64,000 bases of DNA from Eledone cirrhosa (lineage: Eukaryota), in assembly GCA_964016885.1 (NCBI GenBank), contig OZ024743.1, positions 184,326,001-184,390,000 of the forward strand. The letters run 5' to 3'. The notes beneath the pieces were generated by a model. That model was given only the letters and a program-made list of their open reading frames with translations, searched no databases and was not told where the DNA came from. Shown piece after piece: positions 1-12,200 of the stretch (its first letter is position 1; the number at the start of each line of letters is the position of its first letter). The position numbers and the translations under genes were made by a program.

Positions 1-838
1 CATTTTCTTTATATTCCCTGAGCAAATTAATAAGATTTGTTTTTATTGTACATAATTTGATGACTTGTTGGAGTGTATTAAAAGATGCCAACAATTTGTG
101 ATTAAATTGTTATCTTAAGCAACTCACTTTTTAATAGTTGTTGGCTGAGCGAAATTGTAAAAGCCTATGAGCAAATATAAAAAAAAATACACAAACAACA
201 TTTCCTTGTGTTATTACAACATTAGATAAAATAATTGAGCAATGTCGTTATATTTTGCTCTTATTGCACATTAATAGTGTTTCTATTTTTCGGCACAAAT
301 CCATTACGGCAGTCCATTACTGGTACTTTATTTTATCGAATTAGTAAGTATGAAAGTCGAAGTTAACCTCGGCAGGATTTGAACTTAGAATGCAAAGGAC
401 CATAACAATACTGCAAAGCATGGTGTCTGACGCTCTACCAATACTTGTGTTGAGCTGGTCATTAATTTATGGTGGTCGTGCGTGGAGTAGAGCAATCGCT
501 AGTTGAAATATTATGAACAAAACATTTTTATTTGCCGAAGAACATATTTTCAATACTGTTTGTGAATGTGACGAAGGAAATACATTCTGATATGGAACAG
601 TGTACAAAGTGTGTCTGTGAATAACATAATGTTACCTCATGTTGTTGTCAAGACATAATGGATTTCGTATATCCAGTTAGAAGATGAAACCTAGCCATCT
701 CGGATTAGTTATATTTCATGCCATGTGTAAACGTGTTTGAGGATAGCAAAATATGCGCGTTAATTATAATAATTAGTTAATAATATTACAAAATATACCT
801 AATTAAACTCTTTGCTTGAAATTTTATCATTCTTCGTT

Positions 839-894
<56 letters not shown>

Positions 895-2298
895 TCTAGT
901 CCTTCGCTCAAGATTAATCTATAAGTTTAGATGTTTGCCTTCGTTTAAGTAAATATTACAGTAAGATTTTTAATATAAACAACTACAAAAAACAATTAAT
1001 ATTAAAACGAAAAAATTATCAATGATAAAAGAAGCGGATGCAACTTTTTTTTTTATAAAGTTATATTCCTGTTTCTTTAAAGAACATTTCATTTTTGTTC
1101 TATTGTAGGCGAAATAATGCAATGGTTTAATAGGGAAGATATAACTTACGAATTATGTCTCTAACCGTGTAACGCTTTTTAAGTAGATAACTACAATTGA
1201 AAATACTAAAGAAATGGAACCAACAATTCAATTTGAAAGTCGTCTAGTGGCAGTGTATTACTGGTACTTTATTTTATCGACCCCGTAACGATGAAAGGCA
1301 AAAATGCAAATGCTTAAAATTTAAATTGCCTTAATTCTATCGTCTGCTGTTTCATTAAAGGGAGATTATCGTCTGTATTTAATTCTATCGTCTACTGTTC
1401 CACTAAACAGATATACCTCCACTATCGTCTCTATTTATACATTTTAACTTATAACTTATACACATTTGATTTGAAATATTTTATCTAGTCCCCCCCTCTC
1501 AATATTATGATGATTTCTTTCGAATGAAATAGTTCTAGTCCTGTAGAAACCATTTATATATATAATTGAACTGAGTTAAAAATTCACAATATTTATAATT
1601 AAATAAGCTCATATATATATGTGTGTATTTATCTGTTTATTGTATTATATATAATGTGTGTATATACAGGATGTCCCCCAAAAATATATACACACTTCAA
1701 CAGCATTCTAATAACTATTGCCTGTACAGGTAATCAAAGTGTCAATCGAATGTTAGTTTCGTGTTTTAACAGTACAAATTTACAATACACACATAAAACC
1801 AGTGTATATACATACATGAGTGTGTATACACATACATGAATGTGTATATACAATATATATGTATATATATATAGACACATATATTCACGGTGTAACGGTA
1901 CATTAAAATATAGATGCGGGAGAGGGGGGGTGTATATATAGGGGCGCTGGGGATAAAGGAGTGTAAAGCGTGTGTAATTGATATATTGAAGGAGAGGAGC
2001 GTGCAGCGATAGAGTAACAAATATATAGAGAGGGGGAGAGATGGTATTGAAGGGGAGGAGTGCAAAGCGAAAGAGTAAGAGATATATATAGAGACGGAAC
2101 AGATAGAGAGAAACAGGCGTAAGTAACAGTGGAAGAGATATAGAGAGAGGTACTCTGATTGGTTGAAAATTAGCCAATGACATACGATCACCACCACCAC
2201 GGCTATCCCTGAAAAATTTTTTAAGAAGCTACGCATATATGTTAGAACACGAAAAGTGAACATTCTGTTGTTTCACACTTTTCGTGTTCTAACAGATA
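1..2298. repeat. Left arm of a >=2.3-kb near-perfect inverted duplication (partner 14466-16756); probably continues past the window start
   Basis: Position 1 (cattttctttatattccctg) is the reverse complement of the sequence ending at 16756. The match runs to aacagata (2298) / tatctgtt (14466). The ORF track shows mirrored ORFs (1621-1839+ and 14924-15142-). Confidence 0.95.
270..441 (-). mobile_element. tRNA-derived SINE, decayed (mirror copy 16316-16487 +)
   Basis: gttcaaatcctgccgaggttaact...gataaaataaagtaccagt...ttgtgcc...gaaacactatt is shared with the copies at 19127 and 29188. Confidence 0.7.
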
Positions 2299-2305
2299 AA
2301 TATAT

Positions 2306-2922
2306 AGGTTTACATATACATAAACTAGACAGAGCCATAGATATATATATGTGTTTTGGCAACCATTCACGGTGTGGCTCAATGACGAATTAATTAATCA
2401 AATAATCAACAATCAGAACAATATATAAGAAAGTAAGTTCATAGAATCATTTGATAAAATATATACAGTATTTCTCCTCCCAATCAGCATAATTAACCAC
2501 ATAAAAAATCAATTAAACGAGGCTATAAGTTTAAAATGTACTTATGAAGAAACAGTAGATAAATAAACGATAGCTATTTTATCCGCGATCAATAGCTACA
2601 GAAGATTTACCTAGTATTATTATAATTATTATAATTTTGGTATGTTTATGTACATTTTTTCTTCTAACTTTGATTTTGTACCTAATTGTGTATAGTTGGC
2701 TATATGTCTAGTCAGTTTCTACGGGCTATTAGAAATACTGGGTAAATCTTCTGTGGCTGGGGATCACGGATAAAATAGCTATCATTTATTCATCTATTGT
2801 TTCTTCATAGGTGCATTTTAAACTTATAGCCTTGTTTAATTGATTTTTTGTGTGGTTAATTATGCTGATGAGGAGGAGAAATACTGTATATATTTTATCA
2901 AATGATTCTATGGACTTACTTT

Positions 2923-2925
<3 letters not shown>
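2306..2925. mobile_element. Fold-back fragment of HHR repeat family D (homologous to 47871-48785)
   Basis: 2306-2620 matches ~48445-48750 directly; ~2630-2925 is an inverted copy of the same family. Confidence 0.75.
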
Positions 2926-2977
<52 letters not shown>

Positions 2978-3089
2978 ATGTGTGTGTAGACAGTCGATCG
3001 ACTTTCGTCAAATCGGACCGTGGAAACACAGTTTCCATTGGTCTTTCTAATTACTAATACTCTCTATCGGTCGGAACTCCATGTAGAAG

Positions 3090-3204
3090 GAGCAACGTGA
3101 AATAAAGTGTCTTGCCCAAAGACATAACGCATCGCCCGGACCAGGAATCGAACTCACAACCTCACGATTGCGAATCCAATTCTCTAACCACTCAGCCACG
3201 CGCC
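3090..3204 (-). mobile_element. tRNA-derived SINE head
   Basis: Minus strand reads aggcgcgTGGCTGAGTGGttagag (A box)...gaGTTCGATTCCtgg (B box), followed by a tgtctttgggcaagacacttta body. Confidence 0.75.
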
Positions 3205-3213
3205 TATATATAC

Positions 3214-3262
3214 ATAACTTTGATAACTTTGATGGGTTTCGGCCAGTATTGGCCCAGGCCAT
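3214..3262 (-). mobile_element. Very short 3'-end fragment of the LINE family at 9117-13820
   Basis: atggcctgggccaatactggcc...caaagttatcaaagttat matches the LINE 3' terminus at 9117-9166. Confidence 0.8.
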
Positions 3263-3377
<115 letters not shown>

Positions 3378-3432
3378 CATATATACATATATATATATAT
3401 ACATATATACATATATATATATACATATATAC

Positions 3433-3495
<63 letters not shown>

Positions 3496-3496
3496 C

Positions 3497-3618
<122 letters not shown>

Positions 3619-3626
3619 TTCCTTCG

Positions 3627-3690
<64 letters not shown>

Positions 3691-3757
3691 CGTAAAATAA
3701 GAAAATATCTTTTAAAAAAATTTTTTAAAAATTTTTTACTTACTTACTTAAATTTTC

Positions 3758-3839
3758 ACTCCAACTAATTAGTTTCTGCAATGGGATAAAGACAGTTACA
3801 TAATCCAACTGTCGAGAATTCATTGCGTCATCAGGGAGT
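3758..3839 (-). ncRNA. Type I hammerhead ribozyme (family B)
   Basis: Reverse complement of the 4805-4886 motif. Confidence 0.82.
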
Positions 3840-4317
3840 CTATTCTCAGCTGAGCCTCCAGGCAATGCGCGGACACTGGCGGCTCATATAAAAATAATAA
3901 TAATAATTCGGTAGAAAGAACAGCTAGGCGAGGACTGGATTCTATGTACTGAAATTCTCACTGCTTCCAGTCAAATGGCCGATTCTAAAGAATCAATCAC
4001 GTGACATAGAGGCTAGTTAGAAGGAATGGGATGGTAAGATGACTGACGCCTACTAACACCCCAAAAAAAATTTTGAAGTGGTTTTGGCAGGTTTGCTCGA
4101 CAAATCAGTGATTTGGAGATAAATATAGATAATTTAATATATCAACTAACATAGGCGCACAGATGCACGTCCATGCCAGCAAATACACAGGTTATGTCAT
4201 AGTACCTAGGTGGTTCAATGCAGGAGGGTGCAGAACAATAATATAAAAGACGTAAAATAAGAAAATATCTTTTAAAAAAATTTTTTAAAAATTTTTTACT
4301 TACTTACTTAAATTTTC

Positions 4318-4399
4318 ACTCCAACTAATTAGTTTCTGCAATGGGATAAAGACAGTTACATAATCCAACTGTCGAGAATTCATTGCGTCATCAGGGAGT
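4318..4399 (-). ncRNA. Type I hammerhead ribozyme (family B)
   Basis: Reverse complement of the 4805-4886 motif. Confidence 0.82.
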
Positions 4400-4804
4400 C
4401 TATTCTCAGCTGAGCCTCCAGGCAATGCGCGGACACTGGCGGCTCATATAAAAATAATAATAATAATTCGGTAGAAAGAACAGCTAGGCGAGGACTGGAT
4501 TCTATGTACTGAAATTCTCACTGCTTCCAGTCAAATGGCCGATTCTAAAGAATCAATCACGTGACATAGAGGCTAGTTAGAAGGAATGGGATGGTAAGAT
4601 GACTGACGCCTACTAACACCCCAAAACAAATTTTGAAGTGGTTTTGGCAGGTTTGCTCGACAAATCAGTGATTTGGAGATAAATATAGATAATTTAATAT
4701 AGAATCCAGTCCTCGCCTAGCTGTTCTTTCTACCGAATTATTATTATTATTTTTATATGAGCCGCCAGTGTCCGCGCATTGCCTGGAGGCTCAGCTGAGA
4801 ATAG

Positions 4805-4886
4805 ACTCCCTGATGACGCAATGAATTCTCGACAGTTGGATTATGTAACTGTCTTTATCCCATTGCAGAAACTAATTAGTTGGAGT
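4805..4886 (+). ncRNA. Type I hammerhead ribozyme (family B)
   Basis: actcc-CTGATGA-c gcaatg..gacagtt..aactgtc..cattgc a-GAAA-ctaattag-TT-ggagt; stem I actcc/ggagt; palindromic stem III aactaattagtt; GUU cleavage triplet. Confidence 0.85.
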
Positions 4887-5063
4887 GAAAATTTAAGTAA
4901 GTAAGTAAAAAATTTTTTTAAAAGATATTTTCTTATTTTACGTCTTTTATATTATTGTTCTGCACCCTCCTGCATTGAACCACCTAGGTACTATGACATA
5001 ACCTGTGTATTTGCTGGCATGGACGTGCATCTGTGCGCCTATGTTAGTTGATATATTAAATTA

Positions 5064-5149
<86 letters not shown>

Positions 5150-5155
5150 TATATG

Positions 5156-5197
<42 letters not shown>

Positions 5198-5334
5198 TCA
5201 TTTTGTTTCAATTTATCGTTTTCGGTATGCCTAACCGATTTAACTCACTCAATATGCAAATTAGGCTGCTCAGCCGTTAATTTTCATAAGGAAAGTATAT
5301 ACTTTCGAACGTTCAACTATCTGGCAGATGGGTA

Positions 5335-5379
5335 AACGGTGCTGATGATAGCTAACAAGCTTGAAACTAGTACATCGTT
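5335..5379 (+). ncRNA. Minimal type I hammerhead ribozyme (family A, unit 1)
   Basis: aacggtg-CTGATGA-t agct aaca agct t-GAAA-c ta g-TA-catcgtt; GUA triplet, predicted cut after 5372; palindromic mini stem III actagt. Confidence 0.9.
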
Positions 5380-5533
5380 CCTGTGTCAGTGTTGAACAAA
5401 AAGGTGACGTGGTTGCCTTAACACCGTATGGCATAAATTCAGGCTGTTCAGTTTGTTTACAAACGAACAAAGCGACGTTAGCGCCGCTAAACTGATACGT
5501 GCATATATGTATGTGTACCTGTATGCATATGTA

Positions 5534-5583
<50 letters not shown>

Positions 5584-5820
5584 CATGCTACTGTACGTCT
5601 GTATACATATATGTATGTACGTATACATGCATACTTACATTTAAGTAAGTGCCATACTAAGAGTGAGAAATGAAATTTCGTTTTCATTTTGTTTCAATTT
5701 ATCGTTTTCGGTATGCCTAACCGATTTAACTCACTCAATATGCAAATTAGGCTGCTCAGCCGTTAATTTTCATAAGGAAAGTATATACTTTCGAACGTTC
5801 AACTATCTGGCAGATGGGTA

Positions 5821-5865
5821 AACGGTGCTGATGATAGCTAACAAGCTTGAAACTAGTACATCGTT
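5821..5865 (+). ncRNA. Minimal type I hammerhead ribozyme (family A, unit 2)
   Basis: Same motif as 5335-5379. Confidence 0.9.
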
Positions 5866-6019
5866 CCTGTGTCAGTGTTGAACAAAAAGGTGACGTGGTT
5901 GCCTTAACACCGTATGGCATAAATTCAGGCTGTTCAGTTTGTTTACAAACGAACAAAGCGACGTTAGCGCCGCTAAACTGATACGTGCATATATGTATGT
6001 GTACCTGTATGCATATGTA

Positions 6020-6069
<50 letters not shown>

Positions 6070-6306
6070 CATGCTACTGTACGTCTGTATACATATATGT
6101 ATGTACGTATACATGCATACTTACATTTAAGTAAGTGCCATACTAAGAGTGAGAAATGAAATTTCGTTTTCATTTTGTTTCAATTTATCGTTTTCGGTAT
6201 GCCTAACCGATTTAACTCACTCAATATGCAAATTAGGCTGCTCAGCCGTTAATTTTCATAAGGAAAGTATATACTTTCGAACGTTCAACTATCTGGCAGA
6301 TGGGTA

Positions 6307-6351
6307 AACGGTGCTGATGATAGCTAACAAGCTTGAAACTAGTACATCGTT
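6307..6351 (+). ncRNA. Minimal type I hammerhead ribozyme (family A, unit 3)
   Basis: Same motif as 5335-5379. Confidence 0.9.
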
Positions 6352-6505
6352 CCTGTGTCAGTGTTGAACAAAAAGGTGACGTGGTTGCCTTAACACCGTA
6401 TGGCATAAATTCAGGCTGTTCAGTTTGTTTACAAACGAACAAAGCGACGTTAGCGCCGCTAAACTGATACGTGCATATATGTATGTGTACCTGTATGCAT
6501 ATGTA

Positions 6506-6549
<44 letters not shown>

Positions 6550-6786
6550 CATGCTACTGTACGTCTGTATACATATATGTATGTACGTATACATGCATAC
6601 TTACATTTAAGTAAGTGCCATACTAAGAGTGAGAAATGAAATTTCGTTTTCATTTTGTTTCAATTTATCGTTTTCGGTATGCCTAACCGATTTAACTCAC
6701 TCAATATGCAAATTAGGCTGCTCAGCCGTTAATTTTCATAAGGAAAGTATATACTTTCGAACGTTCAACTATCTGGCAGATGGGTA

Positions 6787-6831
6787 AACGGTGCTGATGA
6801 TAGCTAACAAGCTTGAAACTAGTACATCGTT
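6787..6831 (+). ncRNA. Minimal type I hammerhead ribozyme (family A, unit 4)
   Basis: Same motif as 5335-5379. Confidence 0.9.
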
Positions 6832-6985
6832 CCTGTGTCAGTGTTGAACAAAAAGGTGACGTGGTTGCCTTAACACCGTATGGCATAAATTCAGGCTGTT
6901 CAGTTTGTTTACAAACGAACAAAGCGACGTTAGCGCCGCTAAACTGATACGTGCATATATGTATGTGTACCTGTATGCATATGTA

Positions 6986-7031
<46 letters not shown>

Positions 7032-7268
7032 CATGCTACTGTACGTCTGTATACATATATGTATGTACGTATACATGCATACTTACATTTAAGTAAGTGC
7101 CATACTAAGAGTGAGAAATGAAATTTCGTTTTCATTTTGTTTCAATTTATCGTTTTCGGTATGCCTAACCGATTTAACTCACTCAATATGCAAATTAGGC
7201 TGCTCAGCCGTTAATTTTCATAAGGAAAGTATATACTTTCGAACGTTCAACTATCTGGCAGATGGGTA

Positions 7269-7313
7269 AACGGTGCTGATGATAGCTAACAAGCTTGAAA
7301 CTAGTACATCGTT
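7269..7313 (+). ncRNA. Minimal type I hammerhead ribozyme (family A, unit 5)
   Basis: Same motif as 5335-5379. Confidence 0.9.
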
Positions 7314-7467
7314 CCTGTGTCAGTGTTGAACAAAAAGGTGACGTGGTTGCCTTAACACCGTATGGCATAAATTCAGGCTGTTCAGTTTGTTTACAAACGA
7401 ACAAAGCGACGTTAGCGCCGCTAAACTGATACGTGCATATATGTATGTGTACCTGTATGCATATGTA

Positions 7468-7521
<54 letters not shown>

Positions 7522-7758
7522 CATGCTACTGTACGTCTGTATACATATATGTATGTACGTATACATGCATACTTACATTTAAGTAAGTGCCATACTAAGA
7601 GTGAGAAATGAAATTTCGTTTTCATTTTGTTTCAATTTATCGTTTTCGGTATGCCTAACCGATTTAACTCACTCAATATGCAAATTAGGCTGCTCAGCCG
7701 TTAATTTTCATAAGGAAAGTATATACTTTCGAACGTTCAACTATCTGGCAGATGGGTA

Positions 7759-7803
7759 AACGGTGCTGATGATAGCTAACAAGCTTGAAACTAGTACATC
7801 GTT
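7759..7803 (+). ncRNA. Minimal type I hammerhead ribozyme (family A, unit 6)
   Basis: Same motif as 5335-5379. Confidence 0.9.
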
Positions 7804-7957
7804 CCTGTGTCAGTGTTGAACAAAAAGGTGACGTGGTTGCCTTAACACCGTATGGCATAAATTCAGGCTGTTCAGTTTGTTTACAAACGAACAAAGCGAC
7901 GTTAGCGCCGCTAAACTGATACGTGCATATATGTATGTGTACCTGTATGCATATGTA

Positions 7958-8001
<44 letters not shown>

Positions 8002-8238
8002 CATGCTACTGTACGTCTGTATACATATATGTATGTACGTATACATGCATACTTACATTTAAGTAAGTGCCATACTAAGAGTGAGAAATGAAATTTCGTT
8101 TTCATTTTGTTTCAATTTATCGTTTTCGGTATGCCTAACCGATTTAACTCACTCAATATGCAAATTAGGCTGCTCAGCCGTTAATTTTCATAAGGAAAGT
8201 ATATACTTTCGAACGTTCAACTATCTGGCAGATGGGTA

Positions 8239-8283
8239 AACGGTGCTGATGATAGCTAACAAGCTTGAAACTAGTACATCGTT
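8239..8283 (+). ncRNA. Minimal type I hammerhead ribozyme (family A, unit 7)
   Basis: Same motif as 5335-5379. Confidence 0.9.
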
Positions 8284-8437
8284 CCTGTGTCAGTGTTGAA
8301 CAAAAAGGTGACGTGGTTGCCTTAACACCGTATGGCATAAATTCAGGCTGTTCAGTTTGTTTACAAACGAACAAAGCGACGTTAGCGCCGCTAAACTGAT
8401 ACGTGCATATATGTATGTGTACCTGTATGCATATGTA

Positions 8438-8487
<50 letters not shown>

Positions 8488-8724
8488 CATGCTACTGTAC
8501 GTCTGTATACATATATGTATGTACGTATACATGCATACTTACATTTAAGTAAGTGCCATACTAAGAGTGAGAAATGAAATTTCGTTTTCATTTTGTTTCA
8601 ATTTATCGTTTTCGGTATGCCTAACCGATTTAACTCACTCAATATGCAAATTAGGCTGCTCAGCCGTTAATTTTCATAAGGAAAGTATATACTTTCGAAC
8701 GTTCAACTATCTGGCAGATGGGTA

Positions 8725-8769
8725 AACGGTGCTGATGATAGCTAACAAGCTTGAAACTAGTACATCGTT
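8725..8769 (+). ncRNA. Minimal type I hammerhead ribozyme (family A, unit 8)
   Basis: Same motif as 5335-5379. Confidence 0.9.
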
Positions 8770-8923
8770 CCTGTGTCAGTGTTGAACAAAAAGGTGACGT
8801 GGTTGCCTTAACACCGTATGGCATAAATTCAGGCTGTTCAGTTTGTTTACAAACGAACAAAGCGACGTTAGCGCCGCTAAACTGATACGTGCATATATGT
8901 ATGTGTACCTGTATGCATATGTA

Positions 8924-8969
<46 letters not shown>

Positions 8970-9082
8970 CATGCTACTGTACGTCTGTATACATATATGT
9001 ATGTACGTATACATGCATACTTACATTTAAGTAAGTGCCATACTAAGAGTGAGAAATGAAATTTCGTTTTCATTTTGTTTCA

Positions 9083-9120
<38 letters not shown>

Positions 9121-9204
9121 CTTTGAATAACTTTGAAATGTTTTGGCCAGTATTGGCCCAGGCCATGTCTAACTTAATAGCACCACCTAGCGAAGTCTTT
9201 CAAT

Positions 9205-12200
9205 TCAGGATTTGGGCACCATGGCCCATTCGAGAAGAGAATTACTGTTTGCGGCGACATATCCGGGTGTGGGTGGTTTGTCCGGGATTACTTGGAGGAA
9301 TTTGTCCAAAGACTTCTTGAATTTTGTGTGGTCAGTTTCTGTTTTGACGTGTCCTGGTGTGATGTTGAAGAGAGCAGGGCCGATTGAGGTGAAATAATTG
9401 TGCCGTATTGTTGTTATGAGTTGCGATTTAGATTTTTGTATGGGACGGATAGCACGGGGCCCAAGCCTTGGGTGTATCTTGAAGGCGATGCCAACATCAT
9501 TTGGGCAGTGATGATGGAACATTTTCCACATCATGCAGATAATATAACGCTCACCGCGACGTTGGAGTGAGTAAAGTTTCAGGTTTTCTAGTCGACCCCA
9601 GTAGTCAAGGTCTGACATGCCATCTATCTTTTTCGTGATTGCCCTTTGAGGAGCTTCAAGTTTCATGATACTTTGTTTCGTGTGGGGAGACCACAGTGGA
9701 CAACAGTATTCAAGGTGTGGTCGGGCAAAAGTAGAGAAGAGAAGGATAATGGTGTGGGAATCTCTCGACTGGAAGGTTCTGAGGATCCAGGGACACATTC
9801 TGCGGGCCATGTCAACTTTGCTGCTTATATGCGTGGCCCAGCTTATGTTGCTGTCCACGGTTACTCCCAAGTCTCTGGTGTTGTTAGATGCCACGAGAGT
9901 TTCCCCGGAGGGAAGGGAGTACGGGAGTTTCAGAGCATCCTCTTTTCCAAAGTGGATCAGTTCGAATTTGTCTTCATTCAGTAACATGTTGTTCTTTTCC
10001 GCCCATTGGGTAACAGCCAGTAAGTCTGACTGAAAGCTTATCCGGTCATCCACGCCATTGATGACCTTTTGGAGCTTGGAATCATCAGCGAAAATTTTAA
10101 TGTTGCTGTGTTTGATGATGTCAGTGATGTCATTAATATAGATGATGAAGAGAAGTGGGCCCAACACAGTGCCTTGTGGGACCCCACTACTGACTTTGGC
10201 TGGGCTGGATTTGACTCCTTCAACTACAACATGTTGGGTTCTGTTTGACAGGAAGCTCTTGATCCACTGCAGCAGCTTTCCAGTGACACCAATATTGGAC
10301 AGCTTTCTCAGTAGAATGTTATGATCAACCCTGTCAAAGGCCTTGCTGAAATCAAGGTAGATAACATCAGTGTTGGAACCCTCTCCCAAGGCTCTCAAAA
10401 TGTCATCAAAGTGATGCAGTAGCTGCGTCAGGCAATCCCTTCCATTACGGAATCCATGCTGGTTGGAGTTCAGCATATTGTTACTCTCAAGGAAGTGGGT
10501 CATTCGCGATCTCACCACTCTCTCAAATACCTTAATGATATGAGAGGTGAGTGAGATTGGACGGTAATTCACGGCAAGGGATTTGTTTCCTTTTTTGAAA
10601 ACTGGGACAACAGACTGGGATAGAAGGTTTTCTGGCACATATCCAGCATCCAGTGAGTTCCGCCACAGATTGGCAAGAGGAGATGCAAGTTGGTGTTGAC
10701 ACGCCTTCAAGACACAAGCAGGGAACCTATCGGGACCTACTGCTGAATTATGCTTGATTTCCTTTATTGCCGCTAAGACAGCAGGGGCGCCAAACGTTAT
10801 GTCCGATAAGGTGTAATGGGGAGTAACATCGCCGATACAGCCCAGATCGGCCATATCAGGATTGCTGAAAACAGAGCAGTATTGTTTCTGCAGTATCTCA
10901 CCCATGGTTTTAGCATTGTCTTGAAGAGTGCCATTTTCATCAATTAGAGGGCCAACAGTAGAGCCAGTGATTTTGTGTTTTTTTGCAAATGAAAAGAACA
11001 CTTTGGGATTGAGTTTGATCTTCTCAATGGCCCAGGCCTCTTCAGCTCTTCTCTGATTGTTGATGAGAGACATTATGTTGTTTTGGAGGTTATGTTTTTT
11101 AATCTCTACTGATGAAATGGCAGTCAAGTTGATGTGTTGCTGCTGACTGTATTTCAGCTTGTTGATTTTTTTGTTCGTTCTCTTAATTTTTCTGATGAGC
11201 GTTTTTCTATTTCTAGGGATTCTGCTCTTAGATTTGTTTATAGTTCTTAATGGGGTGTGTTTAGCACATATGTTTGTAACAGTGTCCACAAATGTCTGCC
11301 AGGACTTTTTGATGTTAGTGGGTGTATGAGTGTGCGTGAAGGACCAGTCGACATGTGCAAGATCATGACTGATCGCTTCCCAGTTTGCATTGTGGAAATC
11401 CATAGCGTCAAACGGATGGACAGGAGAGATGACATTAGGTTTGTATATTGGACGGTGGAATCTCAGATCACAGAGAACCATGTCATGATCAGAGAGTAGA
11501 GTTTTCTCCACTGCAATATTGTGGATATTGTCAGTGTGATTGCTGAAAATTAAGTCTAGGACGTTTTTGTGGCACCTCGTTGGTTCGAGCACCAGTTGGG
11601 ATAGGAAGAAATCATCCATGAAGTCAAGAAGCGATTCCACTGCTTCCCTGTTAGAGGTTGAGGCAGAAGAACCTGGTGGCAGGCTGTTTGTGGACCAGTC
11701 AACTCCGGGGAGGTTGAAGTCCCCCATCATTAAGATGTTGTCAGGGTGACACTCTTGGATGAAACACTTTATGCTGTTGAGGCATTCCTTGAAGCATGGT
11801 ACAGGCGTTTGGGGTGGCCTATAGAGCCCAACTACTATTAGGTTGTTGGTTTGACTGAATACAGTGACTGCTTCACAGTATCCATTAGTGAATATGTTCA
11901 TAGCCTCTGTTGAGAAAGAATTATGGACATAAATGGCAGTTCCGCCCTTTCTTCTGCCAGCGCGATCAGCACGGATGGCTTTGAAATTTTTCACTTTCAC
12001 CTCGGCTTCCAAGTGGAGGTTACTGAGATGGGTTTCAGTGAGGGCGAAGAAAGGGATGTGGTTTGGATGGACATCAATCCAGTCCTCCAGGAATTTGATC
12101 TTCCATTTTTGAGTATTGGTGGAAGGGCTGATGCCTTGGGCGTTAAGCAAAAATGTAGAGGCGAGAGTGGATGGTTTTAATTGTTTTGGTGTGTTGTTAA

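Larger units (their letters stand above)
3684..5066. mobile_element. Non-coding HHR repeat family B: ~1.8 tandem 560-nt units (minus) joined head-to-head to an inverted partial unit (plus)
   Basis: Direct repeat period 560 (3841 vs 4401); 4701-5066 is a reverse-complement copy; three HHRs; (TA)n on both sides. Confidence 0.85.
5198..9088 (+). mobile_element. Tandem array of 8 x ~486-nt HHR-containing units (family A, non-LTR retrozyme-like)
   Basis: Units start at 5199, 5685, 6171, 6651, 7133, 7623, 8103 and 8589, with an 18-nt ninth start at 9071. Lengths of 480-490 differ only in the internal (TA)n. One HHR per unit. Confidence 0.93.

Noticed and set aside
445-1620. Host gene exons in the unique-looking AT-rich DNA
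   Set aside because: No ORF or recognisable motif; short exons cannot be excluded without RNA data
1665-1700. Tc1/mariner-like TIR (tacaggatgtccc)
   Set aside because: No partner TIR nearby other than the copy created by the large inverted duplication, and no transposase
2200-2245. Possible hammerhead (ccctgaaaaa...gaagctacg)
   Set aside because: Several core mismatches and no convincing stems
2988-3046. Half hammerhead on the minus strand (gacGAAAgtcgatcgact)
   Set aside because: No CUGANGA strand and no valid NUH triplet
3130-3204. tRNA gene
   Set aside because: A and B boxes are present but there is no proper acceptor stem, and it continues into a SINE body
5198-9088. CRISPR array or repeated small protein gene ([12 protein letters not shown]...)
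   Set aside because: Units are identical with no unique spacers and no cas genes; the ORFs have TTG starts and change frame with (TA)n length
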